Positions 1 through 8,421 of a stretch of 64,000 nucleotides of DNA are shown here, one piece after another (the first letter of the stretch is position 1; the number at the start of each line of letters is the position of its first letter). Both the position numbers and the translations under genes were made by a program. The notes below the pieces were generated by a model that searched no databases, was not told the DNA's origin, and worked only from the letters and a program-made list of their open reading frames with translations. The DNA is from an uncultured Acidobacteriota bacterium (GTDB taxonomy: Bacteria > Acidobacteriota > Thermoanaerobaculia > Multivoradales > UBA5704), in assembly GCA_963770895.1 (NCBI GenBank), contig CAVYRF010000002.1, positions 4,960,001-5,024,000 of the forward strand, read 5' to 3'.

Positions 1-1601
1 CCCAAGGCGCGCAGGGCCTCGACCACCTGGGCGGTGGGGCCGGTGCGGCTGGCGCCGCCGGGCACGTTGCCCCAGCCGCCGTCGGCGCCCTGGCTGGCGA
101 GCAGGTACTGGCCGGCGCCGGTGAGCGTCGCGGCGGGCGCGCCGGCGGCGCCGGCCAGGGCCAGGGCGGCGAGCGCGGTGTCGACCGGCTCGCTGGCGTA
201 GCCCGGCCCGAGCCCCCAGCCGCCGTCGGCGTTCTGCTGCGCGGCCAGGGCGGTGCGCAGCGTTGGGCTGCCGAGGGTCGTGGCGAGGCGCGCCAGCTCG
301 TCGGCGTTGGCGGCGGTCTGCGCCGAGAGCCAACCGATGGCGAGCTGGCGGGCGCCGGCGGAGAAGGCCGGATCGAAGCTCACCAGGGTCGGCAGCACCA
401 CCGCCGAGTCGCGCGGGCGGGTGGCAGGAGTGTCCTGCCAGAAGCCGGCCGAGGTCTGCTGGGAGCGCAGCCAGGCAAGGGCGTCGGGGATGCTGGCGGG
501 CGTGGTGCGCAGCGGCCCGCCGGAAACCGGCGTCGGGCTGCCCGGCGGCGAGGCGGCCAGCGCCGCGTCGGTGATGTCGAGCGTGCCGCGGCCGCCGGTG
601 AGGACCGCAAAGTGCGTCATCGCCTCGCGGCGCACGCGGTCGATGCCGGCGAGCTGGTCGGGCGTCACCGTGTCGCCCGGGCGGACGACGAAGATAAACG
701 CCGCCTTGAACGAATGCTGCGCCTGCGCGGCGGCGGGCACGCGCGGCCCCTCCACGTCGAGGATGTCCTGGATGCTCACCATGCGGCCGGTGCCGGTCAC
801 CGTGGCGCCGATCTGGGGGAGCTGCGTGGGATCGGTGCCCGGGCTGGTGATCACCAGGAAGGGGGGCACCTCGCTCGCGTCGTAGAAGCCCGCCAGGTAG
901 AGGTCGAGCGGGCTGTAGAAGCGGCGGGCGGCGACGGCGGTGAAGGTGCCGTTGCCGTTGTCCTGCCACTGCGCGCCGTACTCGACCGACGCGGCCGAGT
1001 CGACCAGGTAGCTCCAGTGGGCCCCCGCGTACCCCAGGAGGTCGTTGTGGGCGGCGCTGTCCGACACGCTGATCCCCCACTGGTGGAGGATCTCGTGCGC
1101 CAGGGTGTTGAGGGTGAATTCGAAGCCCGGTTGCAGCGGGTCGGTCACGATCGTCGACAGCTCGGGCATGTCGATGAAGCCCTGCAGCTGCGCCGCGGAG
1201 CCGAACGTGCCGCCGTTGTCGAAGGGCGCGATGCCGATGCCCTGCACGCTGCTGCGCACCGGCCAGTGGAAGGCGATGCCGTCCGACGACGAAAAGGAGA
1301 AGTTGGGGAAGACGACCAGGAAATCGAACTGGTCGGGATGGGTGCGGTAGAACTCCTGCGCCACCGCCTGCCGCGGCTGGATGTTGCTCTGGCCTCCCAG
1401 CTCCGTGTCATAGGTGCCGGTCAGCTGGATGATCGAGATGCCGTTGGTCTCACCCACGAGCTGCGCCGAGACGGGGGACCCCTGCCCGCCGGCCGGAGCC
1501 GCGAGCCCCGCCCACACCAGCATCGCGGCGAGCGCCACCAGCGCCCGCGCCGCCAAGGCGCACCACCTCTGCCGAGACAGGCGTCCCTTTGCCAAGCGCA
1601 C
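1..1601 (-). CDS. Large secreted protein (5' part, runs off the window edge): zincin-like metalloprotease domain followed by QW/prenyltransferase-type repeats
   Basis: Manual translation, not in the ORF track. GTG at 1601, signal-like ALVALAAMLVWAGLAAPA, LAHEILHQWG (HExxH), downstream AHWSY and YSPLDLYLAG, then QQTSAGFWQ, QQNADGGWG, SQGADGGWG. Frame open to position 1. Confidence 0.75.
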   Translation of the reverse strand, partial: MRLAKGRLSRQRWCALAARALVALAAMLVWAGLAAPAGGQGSPVSAQLVGETNGISIIQLTGTYDTELGGQSNIQPRQAVAQEFYRTHPDQFDFLVVFPNFSFSSSDGIAFHWPVRSSVQGIGIAPFDNGGTFGSAAQLQGFIDMPELSTIVTDPLQPGFEFTLNTLAHEILHQWGISVSDSAAHNDLLGYAGAHWSYLVDSAASVEYGAQWQDNGNGTFTAVAARRFYSPLDLYLAGFYDASEVPPFLVITSPGTDPTQLPQIGATVTGTGRMVSIQDILDVEGPRVPAAAQAQHSFKAAFIFVVRPGDTVTPDQLAGIDRVRREAMTHFAVLTGGRGTLDITDAALAASPPGSPTPVSGGPLRTTPASIPDALAWLRSQQTSAGFWQDTPATRPRDSAVVLPTLVSFDPAFSAGARQLAIGWLSAQTAANADELARLATTLGSPTLRTALAAQQNADGGWGLGPGYASEPVDTALAALALAGAAGAPAATLTGAGQYLLASQGADGGWGNVPGGASRTGPTAQVVEALRAL

Positions 1602-2024
1602 CTCTTACGTGATGGCCAGATTGTAACCGTCAAACGCGATAAGGCCAATCGGGTATTGAATACCATCGTATGGTGTGGCAGGTTACACGTCAAATAGCAA
1701 TCGCCGCATGGGGTTGCCCGGTTCCCCTAACTATCGATCAAAAAAGGCTCTCGCCGGCCGGAGGCGCGGCGCTGTGGGGCGGTCGCCAAACTCGAGGTCA
1801 AGGCCGAGGCCGACCCGGCAGGCGGATGCGGGAGGTGGTCGGTGCTGCGATTGCGATGGACTGAGGGTGGGATGCGGCTGGGGCGAGGCCCGGATCAGGG
1901 CGCTGACGGATCAGGGTGGTGATGGGACAGCGGGACGTGGGGAGGTCGTGCAGCGCGTGGGACTGCGGTGCGGCCCGGATCAGGGTGCGATGCCGGGCCG
2001 CGGGAGTTTTGGAAAGGTTTTTGT

Positions 2025-3290
2025 TCAGCGGCCGGGCGGCGGGGTTTCGGGCTTCCTTTCCTTTTCGTTGTTTTTAGGCTCCGGCTTGGGCGGCGGAGCG
2101 CTCTTGGGCTGCTCGGCGGGCTTGGGGGCGCTGGTGGCGCGCTGGCGCTCGGCTTGCTGGCGGTTGGCCAGCTGCGTCTGCTCGCGCTGGTGCTGTTGCT
2201 GCTGCGCCTGGACCTCGGTCGCGTGCTGCTGGGTGACGTCGGCGGCGGGCTGGCTCTTGGGTGCGTTCTTGGGCTGCTTCGCCGGCGCCTTGCTGGCCTC
2301 GGTCTGGTGGATCTGCTGCAGGTGCGTGCGCTCGGCCTCCTGGGTATGCTGGAGGGTCGCAGATTCCTGCTGGTGCTTCTTGTCCAGGTCGGCCGCCGCG
2401 GTGCCGGTGGCGCGCGCGCTGACCGGCGGTGGCGCGACGTTGGCCTTCTTGACGACCTTGGGCTGGAAGACCGCCACCTGGTTGCCGCGCACGGTGGTGT
2501 TGCGCGCGGTGCCGGTCGCGGTTGCGGCGATCTGGTAGTGCGTCACCTTGTGACCGGTGGCCTTTTCCACGGCGGCGACGGCGATGCCCTGGTTGACGAC
2601 GCGGTTGTTGACCACGGTGTACTTGGTGACGTTGGTCGTATTGTGAATGATCGTGACGTTGCGGGCCTGGGGCTCGACGACGGTGACGATGCTGGGCGCG
2701 GTGAACGAGCGCTCGGCGACGAAGCAGAACTGGTCCTGCCCCAGCGCGACGTCAAGGTTGACGCCGCCCAGGTTGAGACCGACGCCGGCCGTGAAGCCGA
2801 CCTGAGAGGGCAGCGGTGCCCAGCCGATGTAGCCGCCGCCGTTGCGCCAGGCGACCCACGCCGGACCCCAATCGTAGCCGGGCACCCAGAGCCAGCCGTA
2901 CTGCGAGTCGTAGTTCCAGCGGCCGTAGTGGTAGGTCGCCCAGCCGAACGGCTCGTCGGAGACCCACAGCCAGCCGTCGTCGGTCATCACCCAATGGCCG
3001 CGCGTGTAGGGGCGCCAGCCGGAGGCGAGGTCGTAGGGCGCCCAGACCCAGCCGTCGCTGCCGTGCTCGATCCAGTGGCCGTAGGGCGCCAGGTTGGTGT
3101 AGAAGAAGCTGGCGTCCACCTCGCCGTTGGCCGGCATCGGCGGCGGATCGCCGGCGGCGTCCGGCGGCGGCGCCTGGTTCATTGCGTCGGGGGGCGGCGG
3201 CGCGTCGTCGGGCGGCTGCGCCACCGCGAGTCGGCTGGTGCTGATAGTGATCAGCAAGGCCGCGAGAGCAAGAAGAAACTTGGGTCGCAT
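2025..3290 (-). CDS. Secreted Trp/Gly/Tyr-rich protein (DUF6600-like) with Pro/Gln-rich tail
   Basis: Signal peptide MRPKFLLALAALL; LAPYGHW...WRPYTRGHWVMTDDGWLWVSDEPFGWATYHYGRW...WVPGYDWGPAWVAW motif. Confidence 0.75.
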   Translation of the reverse strand: MRPKFLLALAALLITISTSRLAVAQPPDDAPPPPDAMNQAPPPDAAGDPPPMPANGEVDASFFYTNLAPYGHWIEHGSDGWVWAPYDLASGWRPYTRGHWVMTDDGWLWVSDEPFGWATYHYGRWNYDSQYGWLWVPGYDWGPAWVAWRNGGGYIGWAPLPSQVGFTAGVGLNLGGVNLDVALGQDQFCFVAERSFTAPSIVTVVEPQARNVTIIHNTTNVTKYTVVNNRVVNQGIAVAAVEKATGHKVTHYQIAATATGTARNTTVRGNQVAVFQPKVVKKANVAPPPVSARATGTAAADLDKKHQQESATLQHTQEAERTHLQQIHQTEASKAPAKQPKNAPKSQPAADVTQQHATEVQAQQQQHQREQTQLANRQQAERQRATSAPKPAEQPKSAPPPKPEPKNNEKERKPETPPPGR

Positions 3291-3365
3291 GGGTCTGCTC
3301 CTCGAAAGTTGGCCTGCGTGTGATGCAAGTTGGTGAGGGGCGGATGCCTCTCGCAGAAGCAGTGC

Positions 3366-3382
3366 TTCAAAGAGCGTGCCAA
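3366..3382 (-). promoter_or_regulatory. Putative sigma54 -24/-12 promoter for the DUF6600-like gene
   Basis: Minus strand TTGGCACGCTCTTTGAA versus TGGCAC-N5-TTGC; -12 reads GA rather than GC; about 75 bp upstream of the ATG. Confidence 0.45.
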
Positions 3383-3495
3383 TTACAAGCAACCGGGACG
3401 AGGCAGGGGCGGGGGAGCAGCGCGGCGCTGCCGCGGGGAAGGACTTGGGCTCGGAGAGCGCGTCCTCCAGGGAGGACGCATGGCGGCGTACGGAC

Positions 3496-5421
3496 TCAGC
3501 GGCCGCGCGTCAGGGCGGCGACGGCGCCCAGCGCGAAGAGGCCGGCCCAGATGGGCCAGGGACCGTGGGCGCCTGCCAGCACGGCGCCGGCGACCAGGCA
3601 GAAGCCGCCGAAGATGGTGCCGCGCAGGCCGGCAAAGGGGTTTTCGGGCGGCCGCCGCGTGGTCTGTTCGAGCAGGCGCAGCCCTTCGGTGATGAGCATC
3701 GGCGCCTTGGTCACCGCCTCGAACAGCTCGGGCGCGGCGCGCATCGCTTCGCGGGCCAGGTTGATCGGGTTGAACTGGTCCAGGAAGATGCGGTTGGCGT
3801 GGGCCTGCGACACCGCGGCGACGTCGAGCCCCGGCTTGAGGATCTGGCCGACCCCTTCGAAGGTGACCAGCGCCTTGACCATCAGCACCATTTCGACGGG
3901 GAAATACATGTTGTGCTGGGCGCCCAGGTTGACCGAATATAGGATCAGCTGGGCGAGCGAAAAGTCGCGGAAGTTGGCCGACCGGTTCCAGCGGTGCAGC
4001 ACCTCGGTGACCTCGCGGCGGAAGCCCACCGGATCGGCGCCCGGTCCCGGCTGGGCAACGCTCGCGAGATACCGCGCGGCGTTTTCGGCGTCGCCCATCA
4101 CCAGCGTGTAGTAGTAGTAGAGCAGGGTGCGGCGCAGCGCCTGGTCGAAGCGGCCGACCATGCCCAGGTCGATAAAACCCAGGCGCGGGCCGGGCAGCAC
4201 CAGCAGATTGCCCGGATGCAGGTCGGCGTGAAAGAAGCCGTCCTTGAACAGCATGCGGATGATCGACGCCGCGCCCAGGTCGACCAGGCGGTCGCGGTCC
4301 TGCTCCGACAGCGCCAGCGCCTCGGGCGCGTTGGGCTTGAAGCCGTCCAGGAACTCCATGCACAGCACGCCCTGGCTGCTGTACTGGCGATAGATGCGGG
4401 GAAAGTGGACGCCTTCGAGGTCGTGGAAGTTGGCGGTGAAGGTTTCGGCGTTGTCGGCTTCGCGCCGCAGGTCGACTTCGCGGCGGGTGTATTCGACGAA
4501 CTCCGAGATGACGCGCTTGGGCTGATAGCGCGGCAGCACGCGCTGCAGCGCCGCACCCAGGAGCTTGAGCAGCGCGGCGTCGCGCGCCAGCGTTTCGCGG
4601 ATGCCCGGCTTGACCACCTTGATGATGACCGAGTCGCCCTCGACGGTGGTGGCGCGGTGGATCTGCGCGATCGAGGCCGACCCGGTCGGCTGCGGATCGA
4701 TCCACGAATACATCTCGGCGATGGGGCGGCCGGTGTCCTTGACGATCAGGCCGAGGTAGCGCGGCAGCGGCACCACCGGCAGCCGGTCGAGCAGGTTCTT
4801 GAGCTCTTCGGTGATGGCCACCGGCAGCAGGTCCTGGCGCAGCGCCAGCACCTGCCCCAGCTTGATGTAGGTCGGACCCAGGATCTCCAGGCGGCGGCGC
4901 AGCTGCACCGGGAGCGGGCGGTCGACCAGGGTCTTGTCGATGAACGGGCGGGTCAGCCAGGCGACCAGCGCCGCCAGCCAGTGGAGCAGCCGCATGCCGC
5001 GCCGCGCCGGCGCCCGGTCGCCGCGCACGTAGACGTTGAGGCCGCCGAAGAGCAGGCCCACCAGGTGGCGCTGGATGACGAAGAAGCGCCGGATCAGCCC
5101 CTGCTTCGGCCCCTCCGGCAGGATCTCGAAGCCGGGCATGGACGACTCGACGGCGGCATCGGTCGCGTCGGTCGTATCTGCCGCGGGCGCCGCGACGACG
5201 GGCAAGCCGACGCTGCTTGCGGCCGTGGCCGGATCGGCGGGGATGAACGGCGGCGGCGGCAGGCCAGTGGTGCCGGTGGCGGCAGGGGCGCCAGGGGAGG
5301 CGTCCAGAGGCGGTGGGTCGCCGGCGGCGGTTGGGGCTGGTGCCGGTGCCGGCCCGGCGGCGGGTGGCGAGGGGGCGCCGGGGTCGTCCGTCGCGGCGGG
5401 CTGGAGGTCGGTGGGCGCCAC
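3496..5421 (-). CDS. ABC1/UbiB (AarF) family atypical kinase
   Basis: LGPTYIKLGQVLA, GSASIAQIHRA, IIKVVKPGI, GFFHADLHPGN, IDLGMVG and C-terminal TM helices. Start uncertain; chose the GTG just after the upstream stop. Confidence 0.9.
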   Translation of the reverse strand: MAPTDLQPAATDDPGAPSPPAAGPAPAPAPTAAGDPPPLDASPGAPAATGTTGLPPPPFIPADPATAASSVGLPVVAAPAADTTDATDAAVESSMPGFEILPEGPKQGLIRRFFVIQRHLVGLLFGGLNVYVRGDRAPARRGMRLLHWLAALVAWLTRPFIDKTLVDRPLPVQLRRRLEILGPTYIKLGQVLALRQDLLPVAITEELKNLLDRLPVVPLPRYLGLIVKDTGRPIAEMYSWIDPQPTGSASIAQIHRATTVEGDSVIIKVVKPGIRETLARDAALLKLLGAALQRVLPRYQPKRVISEFVEYTRREVDLRREADNAETFTANFHDLEGVHFPRIYRQYSSQGVLCMEFLDGFKPNAPEALALSEQDRDRLVDLGAASIIRMLFKDGFFHADLHPGNLLVLPGPRLGFIDLGMVGRFDQALRRTLLYYYYTLVMGDAENAARYLASVAQPGPGADPVGFRREVTEVLHRWNRSANFRDFSLAQLILYSVNLGAQHNMYFPVEMVLMVKALVTFEGVGQILKPGLDVAAVSQAHANRIFLDQFNPINLAREAMRAAPELFEAVTKAPMLITEGLRLLEQTTRRPPENPFAGLRGTIFGGFCLVAGAVLAGAHGPWPIWAGLFALGAVAALTRGR

Positions 5422-5426
5422 CCGGT

Positions 5427-6968
5427 TTACCGGTTCCGTCCGTATTTCTCGTGGCTCGATACCCAGTCCAGGGACGAGATCGCGGCGGCCAGCGACAGCT
5501 CGCCGGCGAGCACCACGCCCGAGATGATTTCGGCTAGCTTGCGCACCTTGCCTTTGCCGACGCAACCCAGGATTTCCAGGCATTCGCGCTGGGTCGCCAG
5601 GGCGGTGCCGCCGCCGTGGGTGGCGACGATGAGCGACGGGATGGTGATCGAGATGTACAGCTCGCCCGCGGGCGTGACCTCGGTGTACACCACACCGGCG
5701 GACGATTCGGCGACGTTGGCGACGTCCTGGCCGGTGGCGATGAACATCGCGGTGATGGCGTTGGGCGAGTGGCAGCCGTTGTTGTTGGCGCCGGACAGGA
5801 AGGCGCCGACGTTGGCGATGTTGGCGTGGTAGTGGACCGTTTCGGGGTCCACCCGCATGTGCTGCAGCAGCACGTCGCGCGGGATCGTCGCTTCGGCGGT
5901 GACGCGCTTGCCGCGGGTGCGCATGATGTTGATCTGCGACGCCTTCTTGTCGGTGGCGAAGTTGGATTCCAGGTAGAAGTGGCGGATGTTGGCGGCGTTT
6001 TCCAGCATCCAGCTGCAGGCGGCGAAGGTGGCGCGCCCCACCATGTTCTGGCCGGCGGCATCGCCGGTCGAATAGTTGAAGCGCAGAAAGACCAGCTTGT
6101 TGGACAGGTAGGTGTCGATGTAGGTCAGCTTGGCGACCGTCGAGGTGGCTTCCGCCTCGGCGCGGATGTCGGGCAGGCGCTCTTCCACCCAGGCGGCGAA
6201 CTGCCGCGCGTCGCGGGCGTTGTCGAACACGAACACCGGCGCCCGCTGCATGGCGTCGCCGACCACCGTCGTGGTGACGCCGCCCGACAGGTTGAGCACC
6301 TTGATGCCGCGGTTGTACGAGGCGACCAGCGTCCCCTCGGTGGTGGCCAGGGGGATCAGGAAGTCGCCCTGGGCGTCTTCGCCATTGACCCGCACCGGCC
6401 CGGCAAAGCCGATCGGCACCTGCGCCACGCCGGTGAAGTTTTCGATGTTGCCCTGGGTGATCGCGGGGTCGAAACTGAACTGGTTGATGTGATGCAGCTT
6501 GACCCCCGCGTAGTCGGCGACGAACTTCTGCCGCTCGGCGATGACCTCGGGCGTATGGTTGTGGTCCTTGTCGTACGGCACGGTCGTCCGGCGCGGCGCC
6601 TCCGCGGCGATCGCGTCGGTGACCTTGAACGACAGCAACCCGAACGGCTTGGTGTCGAACGCCAGCGCCAGCTCGTGGGTGCCGCGCGGCAGCGGCTCGA
6701 TGCGGGCGTGCAGCCGCACCACCTGGCGCAGCGGAAAATCGATCGCGTTGTGCGGCCCGATCGCCGTCGCGGCCAGCGGCGGCGCCCCGTCCAGCCCCAC
6801 CGTCAGGCTGTCCAGCGGCACCGCCACGCCGTTGATCCGCACTTCGGACACCTGGGTCACGGTGGCATCCGCCAGCCGGTTCTTGAGGGTGAAATGCACC
6901 CCGTCCGGCGCGTTGACCAGGCTGCCCAACGTGTACATCTGCTTGAGGATAAGAGACGGAATCTTCAT
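5427..6968 (-). CDS. Class I-type HMG-CoA reductase with an extra N-terminal domain of about 125 aa
   Basis: GNIENFTG, PLATTEGTLVAS, GDAAGQNMV, NFATDKKAS, IATGQDVANVAES, LAGELSL and a C-terminal His (SSHEKYGR). Confidence 0.88.
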   Translation of the reverse strand: MKIPSLILKQMYTLGSLVNAPDGVHFTLKNRLADATVTQVSEVRINGVAVPLDSLTVGLDGAPPLAATAIGPHNAIDFPLRQVVRLHARIEPLPRGTHELALAFDTKPFGLLSFKVTDAIAAEAPRRTTVPYDKDHNHTPEVIAERQKFVADYAGVKLHHINQFSFDPAITQGNIENFTGVAQVPIGFAGPVRVNGEDAQGDFLIPLATTEGTLVASYNRGIKVLNLSGGVTTTVVGDAMQRAPVFVFDNARDARQFAAWVEERLPDIRAEAEATSTVAKLTYIDTYLSNKLVFLRFNYSTGDAAGQNMVGRATFAACSWMLENAANIRHFYLESNFATDKKASQINIMRTRGKRVTAEATIPRDVLLQHMRVDPETVHYHANIANVGAFLSGANNNGCHSPNAITAMFIATGQDVANVAESSAGVVYTEVTPAGELYISITIPSLIVATHGGGTALATQRECLEILGCVGKGKVRKLAEIISGVVLAGELSLAAAISSLDWVSSHEKYGRNR

Positions 6969-7094
6969 CGGCACAGTCCTCGCCGGCTAGGTCTGCTGGT
7001 TGCCCGCAGTGTACCGCGGACTACCCGCCGGCCGAAGCGCGCCCCTGCTCCGGCGCGTTGGACCGGACACAGCCGGGGCGCCGCTCTATACAGA

Positions 7095-7123
7095 TTGACA
7101 AAAAATCGGTGTTTGGCTATATT
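7095..7123 (+). promoter_or_regulatory. Near-consensus sigma70 promoter
   Basis: TTGACA-17 bp-TATATT in an AT-rich patch, about 60 bp upstream of the ATG at 7185. Confidence 0.65.
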
Positions 7124-7184
7124 AGACAATCATACTATAGCCCCGGTGGGCATCCGCCGGAGGCTCACTCAAAGGGGAGAAACT

Positions 7185-7436
7185 ATGAGCTTGTCATCAA
7201 AGCGGGGAATCCTTCTGCTCGTCGCCGGCTTCCTGCTGGTGGCCGCGGCCTATGCGCCGCCCGCCCCAGGACATGGACCGCAGGGCGCTCAGCTGCTGGC
7301 CACCTGTCCGGCCCTGCGCTGCCCCAACGGCACGATCCTCACCTGTACGCTCACCCCCTGTTCGCCTATCGACAACTGCTCCATGATCTGCGACGGTCGC
7401 GCCATCTTTTGCTCCGGACGCTGCATCCAGGAGTAG
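7185..7436 (+). CDS. Small secreted 8-Cys miniprotein (83 aa)
   Basis: RBS GGGGAGA; signal MSLSSKRGILLLVAGFLLVAAAYA; mature CPALRCPNGTILTCTLTPCSPIDNCSMICDGRAIFCSGRCIQE. Confidence 0.8.
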   Translation: MSLSSKRGILLLVAGFLLVAAAYAPPAPGHGPQGAQLLATCPALRCPNGTILTCTLTPCSPIDNCSMICDGRAIFCSGRCIQE

Positions 7437-7619
7437 GGGGAGCGTCCGTTCGCTGCCGGTTCAGAAACGACGGCGCCGGCAGCAGCCGGCGCCGTCCGGG
7501 GTCTACCCCTGCTCCGGGCTCCGCGACCGGTGCAGAAAAGCAAAAGAGGCGCGGCCGAGGTTGCGGCGCGCGCCTTCCTTCAGGACTTGCCACGCCAGGC
7601 GGCAGGTTTGGGAGGGGGG

Positions 7620-8174
7620 TTACGGCATCAGGACGGCGTTGATGACGTGGATGACGCCGTTGCTCTGGCGGACGTCGGCGATGGTCACCTTGGCGGTGCC
7701 GCCCTTGGCGTCTTCGAGCATGATCGAGTGGCCCTTCATCATGACCTTGAGGGGTTCGCCGGCGACGGTGGTCAGGGTGGCGGTGCCGTGGCCGTCCTTG
7801 ATCTGCTGCTTGAGGGCCTCGGTGTCGAGGTTGCCGGAGACCACGTGGTAGGTGAGGATCTTGGTCAGGGTGTCCTTGTTCTCGGGCTTGAGGAGGTTGT
7901 CCACGGTGCCCGCCGGCAGCTTGGCGAAAGCTTCGTTGGTGGGAGCGAAGACGGTGAACGGCCCGGGTCCCTTGAGCGTATCGACCAGGCCGGCGGCCTT
8001 GACCGCGGCGACCAGGGTGGTGTGATCCTTCGAGTTGACCGCGTTGTCGACGATGTCCTTGGTCGGATACATCGCGGCGCCGCCCACCATCGGGTTGCCG
8101 CCGGCCAGAAGCAGCGCCGGCACGATCAGCGTGGCAACCATGAACAATGCAACCAGAGTGCTCTTGCGCGTCAT
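7620..8174 (-). CDS. Fasciclin (FAS1) domain secreted protein
   Basis: HTTLVAAVKAAGLVDTLKGPGPFTVFAPTNEAF, LTYHVV, SNGVIHVINAVL; RBS AAGGAG. Confidence 0.93.
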   Translation of the reverse strand: MTRKSTLVALFMVATLIVPALLLAGGNPMVGGAAMYPTKDIVDNAVNSKDHTTLVAAVKAAGLVDTLKGPGPFTVFAPTNEAFAKLPAGTVDNLLKPENKDTLTKILTYHVVSGNLDTEALKQQIKDGHGTATLTTVAGEPLKVMMKGHSIMLEDAKGGTAKVTIADVRQSNGVIHVINAVLMP

Positions 8175-8351
8175 GAAAAGTTCTCCTTTGGGCGGAGCTC
8201 CGCCAATCCTTGGCGTCGTGGCCCGGCCCTGGTGTGCGCTTGTCGCGTTGGAAGTGCGACCGGGCGCAGGTTTGCGTACGGGTTGAGGTCGCTGCGGATC
8301 GTCTGCCGTTCCTGCTGGGCGGTGGCCGCCCCTCGCGTTCCTCGCACTCTC

Positions 8352-8378
8352 TACGCCGCTCGCCATCCTGCTGGATGA
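8352..8378 (-). promoter_or_regulatory. Possible ECF sigma promoter for the fasciclin gene
   Basis: Minus strand TCATCC-N17-CGTA; a second CGATCC-N15-CGTA at 8277-8301. Confidence 0.35.
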
Positions 8379-8421
8379 CAGGTTGCAAATCGGCTCGGAA
8401 GCGCGCGGAGGCGCGCGCGGG

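Noticed and set aside
253-1697. Long plus-strand ORFs here and similar antisense ORFs throughout (for example 11910-15515, 23658-26261, 42605-45433, 54531-57107)
   Set aside because: Shadow frames of real genes in very high-GC DNA; Arg/Ala/Gly-rich with no motifs.
1885-1995. CGGATCAGGG repeated three times
   Set aside because: Too short and irregularly spaced for a CRISPR array; no cas genes; no evident function.
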